This document shows, in pieces, positions 30,408-40,046 of a stretch of DNA of 64,000 nt. A program made the translations under genes and the position numbers. The notes under the pieces were generated by a model. That model saw only the letters and a list, made by a program, of their open reading frames with translations. It did no database searches and was not told where the DNA came from. The first letter of the stretch is position 1; each line of letters begins with the position of its first letter. Location: the NCBI GenBank assembly GCA_003153375.1, contig PLYM01000064.1:6449-70448 (forward strand), given 5' to 3'. Source of the stretch: Planctomycetaceae bacterium. Its GTDB lineage: Bacteria; Planctomycetota; Planctomycetia; Pirellulales; PALSA-1355.

Positions 30408-30863
30408 CTAATGCTTCGAGCCGTGCTCCACGTTGTCGCCGTGACTGGGCTCGCTCTCGGCGTGCTGGAGCTTGGCCGGATCGCGTGGCTCGGCCATGTA
30501 CAGCTCGCGCTCTTCTGACAACCAATGGCCCCGCAACCCCACGTCGGGCACCAGCGCCAGGATCAGGAAGATCGACATAAATGCCGCCGGAACTGTCAGC
30601 ACGTATTTCCAGTTGGCCTCGTATTTGACGTGCATGAAAAACAGGATCACGAGCATCGCCTTGGTACACGAGACGGCCATCATGAAGGCCCAGCCAATCT
30701 TAGGCTGATCGTGAAACGGCCAGTAGCTCGAATAAGTGAAGAACGATGCGCCGGTCAACACGCACAAGGCGAGGAACACGTAAATGTACTGCGCGATGCC
30801 ATCGTGGTGCCCGTCGTCGTGGGCATGGGCAGTGGCGTGCGGCGCGTGGCTATGGTCGGACAT
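30408..30863 (-). CDS. cytochrome c oxidase subunit IV family protein (caa3 subunit-IV-like) with His-rich termini
   Basis: Trimmed to ATG 30861-30863. IAQYIYVFLALCVLTGASFF and KAMLVILFFMHVKYE match small bacterial subunit IV. N-terminus is MSDHSHAPHATAHAHDDGHHDG. Confidence 0.7.
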   Translation of the reverse strand: MSDHSHAPHATAHAHDDGHHDGIAQYIYVFLALCVLTGASFFTYSSYWPFHDQPKIGWAFMMAVSCTKAMLVILFFMHVKYEANWKYVLTVPAAFMSIFLILALVPDVGLRGHWLSEERELYMAEPRDPAKLQHAESEPSHGDNVEHGSKH

Positions 30864-30901
30864 CGTCAAAGAACTCCGCTCGTGATGCGTGCAAACAAAT
30901 T

Positions 30902-31900
30902 CTAGAACAGATAGAGCAGCGGGAACAGGAAGATCCACACCAGATCGACAAAGTGCCAGTAAAGGCCGATGTTTTCCACCATGCCGGCTCGCGTGACGTC
31001 GAGCGTGACGAAGAGCATCATGAAAAACACGATCAATCCGACCAGCACGTGAATCGCGTGAAAACCGGTCAAGAGAAAATAGGTGCTGGCCCACATATTG
31101 CCGCCAGGGATGCGGATGGGCAACTTGAGCCACCGATGCTCGTGGTTCAGTCCTCCCTCTTCGCCGTGATGCAAGGGCAAAGGCATGATCGAATCGGCCA
31201 GTTTTTCCAGCTCGGCATGCCGCACGGTGATGTCCGGATCCTGAGCCGCCTTGGTCTCGGCGGCCAGCTCCTGAACTTTCAGATCGGCCACGACCTTTTG
31301 CTTTTCAGCCAGGTTGGCCAGCGCCACGTCGTCGGCAGCTGAACCTTCTTCACCCTTGAGAGCCGTCTCCTCGCCCTTCAACTGCGCATCGAGCGCATCG
31401 AGCCGCAGCCTGACGGCGGCAGCGTAATTGAGGTCTGCCTTTTCGTAAACCAGGCTGTGCGGGCGCCAGGGATAGATGCCATGCGAGAACTTGGCGTTGT
31501 ATTCATAGAGCTTCACGCCCAGGAAGACGCTGCCCAGGATGAATGTCAACAGCAGCCAGAGCTTGGCCGCGGCCGGCTTATTGGCCCGGGCGGCTTCGAG
31601 GCCGAGCACAACCGTGACGCTGGAGCAAATCAGCACGAAGGTGTTGAAAGCGCCAATCGGCTCGCTCAGATGTACTTCGCGCGGCAGCGGCCAGGTCGGA
31701 GCGCCAAAGCGCAGCACGATATAAGTACCGATCAGGCCGGCGAAGAACATGATCTCGGTCGACAGGAACAACCAGATGATCAGCTTGCCATTCGAGAGCG
31801 GCAGGCCCGGATGGTATTCGAGCGGTGCGTGCTGCGCGTGTTCGCCGCCCGCATGGACGGCCGCTCCGTGGGCGCCGGCATGAAAAGTTGCTTCAGCCAT
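30902..31900 (-). CDS. ctaE: cytochrome c oxidase subunit III with large loop insertion
   Basis: [46 protein letters not shown] and [15 protein letters not shown] are the subunit III core. Confidence 0.85.
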   Translation of the reverse strand: MAEATFHAGAHGAAVHAGGEHAQHAPLEYHPGLPLSNGKLIIWLFLSTEIMFFAGLIGTYIVLRFGAPTWPLPREVHLSEPIGAFNTFVLICSSVTVVLGLEAARANKPAAAKLWLLLTFILGSVFLGVKLYEYNAKFSHGIYPWRPHSLVYEKADLNYAAAVRLRLDALDAQLKGEETALKGEEGSAADDVALANLAEKQKVVADLKVQELAAETKAAQDPDITVRHAELEKLADSIMPLPLHHGEEGGLNHEHRWLKLPIRIPGGNMWASTYFLLTGFHAIHVLVGLIVFFMMLFVTLDVTRAGMVENIGLYWHFVDLVWIFLFPLLYLF

Positions 31901-31948
31901 GGTCGCGTTACAAACCTTTCTTGACTCGAAGTAAACGTAGAGAACCCA

Positions 31949-32851
31949 TCAGGCCAATGGCCCCAACAGCAAGAGAACCATCATGGCCGGCAAATAAATC
32001 AACGAGGCCAGCAGCAAGCGTCTCGCCGTCTGGTCGTTCATGTGCAGGAAAAAACGAATCGCGAAAATCAGCTGTCCCACGCCCAGCAACAGCGCCCAGG
32101 CAAACACCATCTCACCAGCCGGCTGCAGCAGGCAGGGAACCAGGCTGACCGGAATCAGCACCAGGGCCGAAACGATGGCTTGCGCGCCGGGTCGAAAACC
32201 ACTTTCGTCGACCGTGCTGAGCATCTTGAGTCCCGCCTCGGCATATTGCCGGCGATAGATCCAGGCGATGGCCATGAAGTGCGGAAACTGCCAGATGAAC
32301 ACGATCAAGAACAACGACCACGCCCGCAGGTCCAACGGAGCGCCGACCGCCGACCAACCGATTAACACCGGCAGCGCGCCGGCCACGGCGCCCACGGCGG
32401 TGTTGGCACTGGTGCGGGTTTTGAGCGGGGTATAAATCCAGACGTACATCACCCAGGTCAGCAAGCCCAGGGCCGCTGGCCGAGGGCCGACGTTCCATTG
32501 CAAGTAGCCCAGCCCCGCGACGATTGTCACAACGCTGAATGCGAGTACCTGAAAACTGGTCAAGCGCCCCGCCGGCAGCGGTCGGTCGGCCGTCCGCGGC
32601 ATGCGAGCGTCGGTGTCGCGTTCCAGCCATTGATTGAGGCCGCTGGCACTGGCCGCGACCAGCGCGGTGCCCAGCAGCGTGTTGGCCAACAACCAACCGT
32701 TGGGCGGCCCCCAACTGGCCACGCAAGCCGCCACGGCCACGGTGACCAGCACCATCGCCGCGATGCGTGGCTTCGTCAGTTCGACGTAGTCGGACAGGAG
32801 CGCGACCCAAACCGGGCGCCGACCTTCGATGGCCATGGAAGTCATGCTCAT
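31949..32851 (-). CDS. ctaB: protohaem IX farnesyltransferase (haem O synthase)
   Basis: Trimmed to ATG 32849-32851 (ATGA overlap with the ctaA stop). YVELTKPRIAAMVLV, DRDTDARMPRTADRPLPAG and eight to nine TM segments, UbiA-family CyoE/CtaB pattern. Confidence 0.88.
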   Translation of the reverse strand: MSMTSMAIEGRRPVWVALLSDYVELTKPRIAAMVLVTVAVAACVASWGPPNGWLLANTLLGTALVAASASGLNQWLERDTDARMPRTADRPLPAGRLTSFQVLAFSVVTIVAGLGYLQWNVGPRPAALGLLTWVMYVWIYTPLKTRTSANTAVGAVAGALPVLIGWSAVGAPLDLRAWSLFLIVFIWQFPHFMAIAWIYRRQYAEAGLKMLSTVDESGFRPGAQAIVSALVLIPVSLVPCLLQPAGEMVFAWALLLGVGQLIFAIRFFLHMNDQTARRLLLASLIYLPAMMVLLLLGPLA

Positions 32852-33873
32852 CGGGCCACCTCCGCGATCCAAGCGCCCGCCGCTACCGGCAGCGATGCGC
32901 GGGCGAACCGCGCGCTGCGCAGGGCGATGAGCAAACTCGTGGCCAGGATCAGCGAACCGGCGGCCACATGGGCCGTGGTGATCCAGGCTTGCGGCCGGCT
33001 GTCGGCCGCAACCGTATAGGCAGCCGCGAAACCAAAATCGGTCAGCCAACTCGGCCAGCCATACTTGGCCACCCAAGTGGCAGCGCCAAGCGTGACTTGA
33101 ATCATGATGAGGCTTGCCAGCCCCAACGCAGGTCGCAGCAGCGACGGCTCACGACGTTGCGTGCGGACGATCCGCAGTCCCAGGAACACGATCGCAACGC
33201 ACAACGCCAACGCGGTCAGCAAATGAAAGACGAGGGCGAAACGAAAATCGCCCGGGCGGGCGCCGGCGGGCAAGTGACGCAATTGCGAGCCGAGCACCAG
33301 TTGGCAGTAAGCCAAGAGCGTGGTCATGATCGCCAGCCGTTCGATCTTGCCCAAGCCGAGCTGATTCGACAATCGTCCCTGCTGCCAACGGCGCGAGGTA
33401 ACCACGGCCAGCACGACCGTGAAGGCAAAGAACGCCGGGCCAAAGCAGCCGTGAATCTTGGCGAGTTGCACCTGATCTTGAATGACCCGCATGCCGCCCA
33501 AGGCGCCCTGGAACAACACACCGGCCAACGCGATCGCGCCCAGCCACAGCACCAGGGGGCGAGCCTGACACCACCAGGCCGACACCAGGAAAGCGATCGT
33601 CAACAGACCGACCAGAGTCGCGTAGAGCCGATGGCCGTGTTCGACAAACAACTTCCAGGGACCATTGATCCAAGTCTCGGCCGGATACAGCCAGAGATTG
33701 TATCCGTAGGTGTTCGGCCAATCGGGCACGGCCATGCCGGCGCCGTAGGTCGTAACCAGCCCACCGATCCAGATCAACGGGAAGGTCGCGCAGACCAAGG
33801 CCACCGCGCAGCGATGCGGCCAGCGGTTGGCATCATCCCAGAGATCTCGTTTCACGTCAGACACGGTGTTCAC
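32848..33873 (-). CDS. ctaA: haem A synthase (COX15/CtaA)
   Basis: GTG start. FPLIWIGGLVTTYGAGMAVPDWPNTYG, EHGHRLYATLVG and multiple TM segments with paired His. Confidence 0.85.
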   Translation of the reverse strand: MNTVSDVKRDLWDDANRWPHRCAVALVCATFPLIWIGGLVTTYGAGMAVPDWPNTYGYNLWLYPAETWINGPWKLFVEHGHRLYATLVGLLTIAFLVSAWWCQARPLVLWLGAIALAGVLFQGALGGMRVIQDQVQLAKIHGCFGPAFFAFTVVLAVVTSRRWQQGRLSNQLGLGKIERLAIMTTLLAYCQLVLGSQLRHLPAGARPGDFRFALVFHLLTALALCVAIVFLGLRIVRTQRREPSLLRPALGLASLIMIQVTLGAATWVAKYGWPSWLTDFGFAAAYTVAADSRPQAWITTAHVAAGSLILATSLLIALRSARFARASLPVAAGAWIAEVAR

Positions 33874-33925
33874 TAAGTTTCAGAGCATTGCGTTTCAATC
33901 GCGGGCCAACGTCCGATCCGACGCT

Positions 33926-35716
<1,791 letters not shown>

Positions 35717-35719
35717 TTG

Positions 35720-36574
35720 TTATTCCCCTTTGGCCGTCGACGCCGTGTCTTGCGTGGCCATTTGTTCGCGAAATCGTTCTTCGAGCCACTTGTTGAAGTC
35801 TTCGCGCGACTCCACGGTCAAGCGGCCTTTCATCTTGTAATGACCCCAACCGCACAACTCGGCGCACACCAAATCGTAACTCCCCGTGTCCGTGGCCCGG
35901 AACCAAACCGGAATCTTCATCCCGGGAACGGCATCCTGCTTGACGCGGGCGTTGGGCAAAAAGAAGCTGTGCAGCACGTCGGCACTTTTCAGGTCGAGGA
36001 TGATCTCCTCGTTGACCGGCAGGTGCAGTTCATTGACCACGAACAGATCCTTGATCGGATCCTTGGTCGAATCCCATTGGCTGTCCTTGCCCAGGGCTTG
36101 TTTGCGAATTTCCTCGGGCACCGGGTAGCGCAGCCGCCACTCGAACTGCCGGGCCGTGACTTCCAACAAGGCCGGAATGTCGTCGGCCGTGCCCAGGATG
36201 CCGTCGGGGCCCGCGGCCGGATTGCGCATCTTCGACTCGGCCCAGGCATTCATCTGATAGATGGCAATGAACAAGAGCACGGCGGCGGGCACGATGGTCC
36301 ACACGATTTCAAGGGTGTGGCTGCCGTGCGTGAACTTGACCGGGTTCGAACGCCCGTGGCTGTCGTAGCGCCACATGAACCAGAACAGCGCCACCTCGGT
36401 GATGACGAACACCACGCCGGTCAGCCAGAGAATGAAATAGAACAGGTGATCGATCACCGGCCCGTGCTGCGAGATGTCCTTTGGCAACCAGATCTTGTAC
36501 ATCGGCGCGAATGCAAAACACGCCACACCCAAGACGGGCACCAGCAAGAACACTAAACTCCAAAACCTTCCCAC
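35720..36574 (-). CDS. ctaC: cytochrome c oxidase subunit II (no fused cytochrome c domain)
   Basis: GTG start, two N-terminal TM helices. CuA site VLHSFFLP...CAELCGWGHYKM. Lies 3 nt before ctaD. Confidence 0.92.
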   Translation of the reverse strand: MGRFWSLVFLLVPVLGVACFAFAPMYKIWLPKDISQHGPVIDHLFYFILWLTGVVFVITEVALFWFMWRYDSHGRSNPVKFTHGSHTLEIVWTIVPAAVLLFIAIYQMNAWAESKMRNPAAGPDGILGTADDIPALLEVTARQFEWRLRYPVPEEIRKQALGKDSQWDSTKDPIKDLFVVNELHLPVNEEIILDLKSADVLHSFFLPNARVKQDAVPGMKIPVWFRATDTGSYDLVCAELCGWGHYKMKGRLTVESREDFNKWLEERFREQMATQDTASTAKGE

Positions 36575-36647
36575 GGCAATTCTCCCGGCGAACGGGTGGC
36601 AGTTAATCGGTCTGGCGGCGAAACGGTCCGCCCCTAAAAGTTGGCCC

Positions 36648-37913
36648 CTAAAAGTTAGCCTTGCTCAATGTCGCCGGCTGGTGGTGCGGCGGCTGACTGA
36701 TGGACTCATACGGCAACGACAGGACGTAATCCACCAGCGACCAGATTTCATCCGGCTCCATCGTGCCCTTGGCTCCGGGGCTGGCCGGCCCCACGGCGGG
36801 CATCGGCATGCCGTTGATGCCGGCATAAATACGGCGATACAGATCGACCGGTCGGCGGCCACCGCGGTAGATGCCTTGCCGCAAATTGCGCGGCTGCGCG
36901 GTGCGCGGCGGCAGCGAGTCGGCCTTCAGGGCCTGGCTGGCCAGCGCCACGTGCATCTTCAAGGCCACGCGGTCCTCGTTCGACAAGTCCGTATCGGTCC
37001 TCAGTCGCTCTTCCTCGCCCCGCAAATCGCTGGCGAGCTCCGTGACCGGCTTGGTCCAGTCGTCGTAGTCGCTGGTTTGGCCGTCGCCCAACGCGCTGGG
37101 GCCGTGACACTTGGCACAGTTGCCCTTGGTGCCATAGAACAGCTCGCGACCTTTGTCGATCGAGGTGGCCAGCTCGACGTCCGGCTTGTCCTCGGGCTTG
37201 ATGATGCTCTCGTTGGCCGTGTTCCAACTTTCGACGATCGGCTTGAGAATCTCGTCGACCAGGTTGGCGCGGGTCAGTTGCAGTTTTTCGTCCTGGCCCA
37301 ACTCGGCCATGGCGTCGATCAGCCGCAGTTCGACCTGTCCGCGAATGCTGAGGTATTTGACATACTCGACCAAGGCATCGACTTGCGCGTCAGGCAACAG
37401 GCCGAACGCGGGCATGGCCGTGCCTTGCACGCCGTGGCGCACGATCAACTCCAAGTCGGCTCGGGTCGGCTTGGCGGCCCGCTCGGTCGCCTTGAACTTG
37501 AACTTGCCTGGCCGGTAATCGCGCGGATAGGGATTTAGCAACATGGCCGTTGGTCCGAGGCCGTCGCCCGTCGTACCGTGACAATGACCGCAATGGCGGC
37601 GATAGAGTCCCGTCTCGCGGCCGAATTCGTCGCTGCGTACAGGTCCGGCCGCCACGGCCAGCTTTTTGGGGTCCAGGCCCGTCTCGCTGTCGGCAATCGA
37701 CTTGCCCTGGCCCAGTACAAACGGCTTGTCGGGCGTGCCGAACATCCCATCCAGAATGTTGGAGACCTCTTGCTGTTGGTCGAAGGGAAGCTGCTGCTTG
37801 GCGATGGCCACCATGTTCAAGCTGAATTGCGGCGGGTCGTATTTGCCACACCCGGCGAACAGCAATGGCGACACGCAACAGAGAACAAACCGAAAGAAGG
37901 CGACACGATTCAT
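36648..37913 (-). CDS. dihaem c-type cytochrome lipoprotein
   Basis: Trimmed to ATG 37911-37913. Lipobox LLFAGC. Two CXXCH motifs (CGHCH, CAKCH), each followed by Met-containing class I-like segments (GTAMPAF, NGMPMPAV). Confidence 0.8.
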   Translation of the reverse strand: MNRVAFFRFVLCCVSPLLFAGCGKYDPPQFSLNMVAIAKQQLPFDQQQEVSNILDGMFGTPDKPFVLGQGKSIADSETGLDPKKLAVAAGPVRSDEFGRETGLYRRHCGHCHGTTGDGLGPTAMLLNPYPRDYRPGKFKFKATERAAKPTRADLELIVRHGVQGTAMPAFGLLPDAQVDALVEYVKYLSIRGQVELRLIDAMAELGQDEKLQLTRANLVDEILKPIVESWNTANESIIKPEDKPDVELATSIDKGRELFYGTKGNCAKCHGPSALGDGQTSDYDDWTKPVTELASDLRGEEERLRTDTDLSNEDRVALKMHVALASQALKADSLPPRTAQPRNLRQGIYRGGRRPVDLYRRIYAGINGMPMPAVGPASPGAKGTMEPDEIWSLVDYVLSLPYESISQPPHHQPATLSKANF

Positions 37914-37972
37914 GGTGACAGGTCTCGAACCAAATGGGGCGGCGGCTTTCAGGGCCAACCGCGGGTGTGTTC

Positions 37973-38001
37973 GTGAGCAAACGTGCTCCCGCGAGGAGCA
38001 C
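37973..38001 (-). terminator. hairpin just after the cupredoxin paralogue 1 stop (possible partial terminator)
   Basis: Minus strand GTGCTCC-TCGCG-GGAGCAC (7-bp stem) starts 4 nt after the TAG and is followed by GTTTGCTC, a weak U-tract. Confidence 0.3.
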
Positions 38002-38005
38002 ACGA

Positions 38006-38929
38006 CTATTTGAATGCGGTTTCCGGAACTTCCAGGGCCAAGTCTTTGGTCTGATCGGCATCGAGCTTGATATTGAAGCGGCCCTTGTTGGTCCATTTCA
38101 GGTCCTTGTTCGCCAACACCAACGCTCCGCCAGCGCCCGTGCCACGCTCGTGCCAGACCTGAACCTCGATTTCCTCGCCCGCAGGCAAGTTGGTAATCTC
38201 AAATGAACCGTCCGGCTTGGTCACGGCGAAGTACTTGTCCTTGCGCGGCATCAAGTAGCCACGCATCCAGGGATGGATGCTGCACGAGATCGTGGCGGGC
38301 AAGGCCTCCTCATCGCTGGGCGAGTAGGCCACTGAGTTTCCCGAGGGCAGGTTCTGGTTGAAGGGCACGCCCTTGGCCGGATCGATCTTCGTGTTGTGGC
38401 CGATCGGGTCGCTGTTCTTCACGTCAATCTTCTGATTCACCTGGCAAGCCAGGACGTGCGTCAGGAACATGCACTGCTTCTGGTCGAACACGATCGGCTC
38501 GGCCGAATTGCCCTCGGCGAGCGGCTTGGCCGAATCGTGAACGCGTTTGGCCTTGGCGTACAAGACAATGTTGGCAATGCCCTTGTCGGACGCGACGAGC
38601 AAAGAGTTATCCTGAATGCCGGCTCCCTTGCCGCACACTTCCGTATCCTTGTCGACGTTCAGTTGGCGCGGGGCCGGCGGGTTGCCGACGAGCTTGAAGG
38701 TGCCCTTCAAGGTGGCCCAACCGGTCGCGCTCGACTCGGCCGCCGCCGCGGCGGGCGCCGCCAAATCGCTGCCGGCTTCCACGACGTTGCCTTCCAGCCG
38801 TTTGCGAATATCGAGCGCGGCCTGCGGATCGGGACGGGGACCAGCCGAGGCCGGCCGGCTACAACCCGATAGTGCCGTGGTCGCCAAAGCGGCGAACATC
38901 AACCCGCCAACAATCAACGTCTTTTGCAT
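38006..38929 (-). CDS. cupredoxin-like (amicyanin-type Cu-site spacing) lipoprotein with C-terminal beta-sandwich, paralogue 1
   Basis: Lipobox ALSGC. GHNT then 38 residues to CSIHPWM (H...C-x2-H-x2-M). C-terminal FEITNLPAGEEIEVQVW is CarboxypepD_reg-like. Confidence 0.65.
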   Translation of the reverse strand: MQKTLIVGGLMFAALATTALSGCSRPASAGPRPDPQAALDIRKRLEGNVVEAGSDLAAPAAAAAESSATGWATLKGTFKLVGNPPAPRQLNVDKDTEVCGKGAGIQDNSLLVASDKGIANIVLYAKAKRVHDSAKPLAEGNSAEPIVFDQKQCMFLTHVLACQVNQKIDVKNSDPIGHNTKIDPAKGVPFNQNLPSGNSVAYSPSDEEALPATISCSIHPWMRGYLMPRKDKYFAVTKPDGSFEITNLPAGEEIEVQVWHERGTGAGGALVLANKDLKWTNKGRFNIKLDADQTKDLALEVPETAFK

Positions 38930-38945
38930 GACTTCAGAATTCTCC

Positions 38946-38962
38946 CAACCGCTCAGCGGTTG
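38946..38962 (-). other. perfect 7-bp hairpin CAACCGC-TGA-GCGGTTG between the cupredoxin paralogues
   Basis: Seen directly. No U-tract. Ends 16 nt upstream of the paralogue 1 ATG. Confidence 0.25.
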
Positions 38963-39014
38963 CTAACTGTGGCCCGGCTGCTCCGTGGCGGCCGGCCGCG
39001 ATTTCGACCGATCG

Positions 39015-39806
39015 TTATTTCTTGAACAGCCCGCCGCTGACCTTGATATCGCCCAGGTCGTTCTCGCCCGGCTTCAGCTTGATCTTGAAGCGGCCCTTGG
39101 TGTCCGACTTGCCGCCCTTGAAGGCGGCGTTCTTCAGGTAGCCCGCCTTTTCCTGCCAAAAGACGAACTCCAATTCCTTGCCGACGGGCAAATCCTTGAT
39201 CGTGAACTCGCCCGTCTTGTCCGACACGGCGGCATACGGATCGTTACGAACCACCAACCAGGCGCCCATCCAGGGGTGAATATTGCAACCGACCTTGATT
39301 GGCAGCCCCTCTTCTTTTTCGAACTTGTGCTCCAGCGGATCGCCTCCGGCGGCCAACACGGGATTGATCCCGGCATTGATCAGCGGCGAGATGTTCGTGT
39401 TGTGACTGACCGGCGCGGGATCCGAATTCTTCAAGACCAGCGTTTGCGAAGTTCGCATCACGGCCACATGGGGCTCAAAACGGCAATTCTTGTTGTCCAA
39501 CTCGACTTTGTCCGTAGCCGACGACGCAAAGTCGGGAGCAACTTCGTTGTCCTTGAGCTTGGTCTTGAGCATGACCACCGCGTTGGCGATGTCGCCCTTC
39601 TCGTCGACGACCAACGACTCGTCGTACAGCTTATGCTTACCGCAAACTTCCTGGTCCTTCGTCGGCTCGATGATCGCGGTCTTGGGGGGCGTGCCATCAA
39701 TCACGAAACGGCCCTTCAGCGTAGCCCAATCGGCCGCGGCGGCTCCGCTGGCCCAAGCGATTCCCGCGCCCAATATCAAGCTGGTCGTACAAAGTTTGCG
39801 CATCAT
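39015..39806 (-). CDS. cupredoxin-like (amicyanin-type Cu-site spacing) secreted protein, paralogue 2
   Basis: Signal peptide ending ASGAAAA. SHNT ... CNIHPWM. Shares WATLKG, D-EVCGK, KNSDP--HNT-I-P, C-IHPWM and KGRF-IKL with paralogue 1. Confidence 0.65.
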   Translation of the reverse strand: MMRKLCTTSLILGAGIAWASGAAAADWATLKGRFVIDGTPPKTAIIEPTKDQEVCGKHKLYDESLVVDEKGDIANAVVMLKTKLKDNEVAPDFASSATDKVELDNKNCRFEPHVAVMRTSQTLVLKNSDPAPVSHNTNISPLINAGINPVLAAGGDPLEHKFEKEEGLPIKVGCNIHPWMGAWLVVRNDPYAAVSDKTGEFTIKDLPVGKELEFVFWQEKAGYLKNAAFKGGKSDTKGRFKIKLKPGENDLGDIKVSGGLFKK

Positions 39807-40015
39807 TACTTGGTCTCTCCTGGTTGAGCCGGCGGCGTGGGACTCTCGGAAGCTGGCTTGGTCTCGCCGGCGGCGGCCTCTTTGCTGTCACCTTCAGGGC
39901 CCAACTCGATGCTCGGTGAACTGAAGTCCTTCGGCGCACCCGGCGGAGGTGCCGCCTGACCGCAACCGCTCGCGACCAGCAGCGCCACGATCGGCACGGC
40001 TCGATGAAGTTTCAT
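39806..40015 (-). CDS. small Pro/Glu-rich lipoprotein
   Basis: Trimmed to ATG 40013-40015: MKLHRAVPIVALLVASGCGQ (lipobox), then a low-complexity tail. The stop shares one base with the next ATG (TAATG). Confidence 0.45.
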   Translation of the reverse strand: MKLHRAVPIVALLVASGCGQAAPPPGAPKDFSSPSIELGPEGDSKEAAAGETKPASESPTPPAQPGETK

Positions 40016-40046
40016 TCGAACATGGCACATTGCGTGATTCATTCGG

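Noticed and set aside
36630-36657. 14-nt tandem duplication (GCCCCTAAAAGTTG / GCCCCTAAAAGTTA) straddling the dihaem cytochrome stop codon
   Set aside because: It is real in the sequence but looks like a trivial slippage duplication at a gene end. It does not alter any called ORF.
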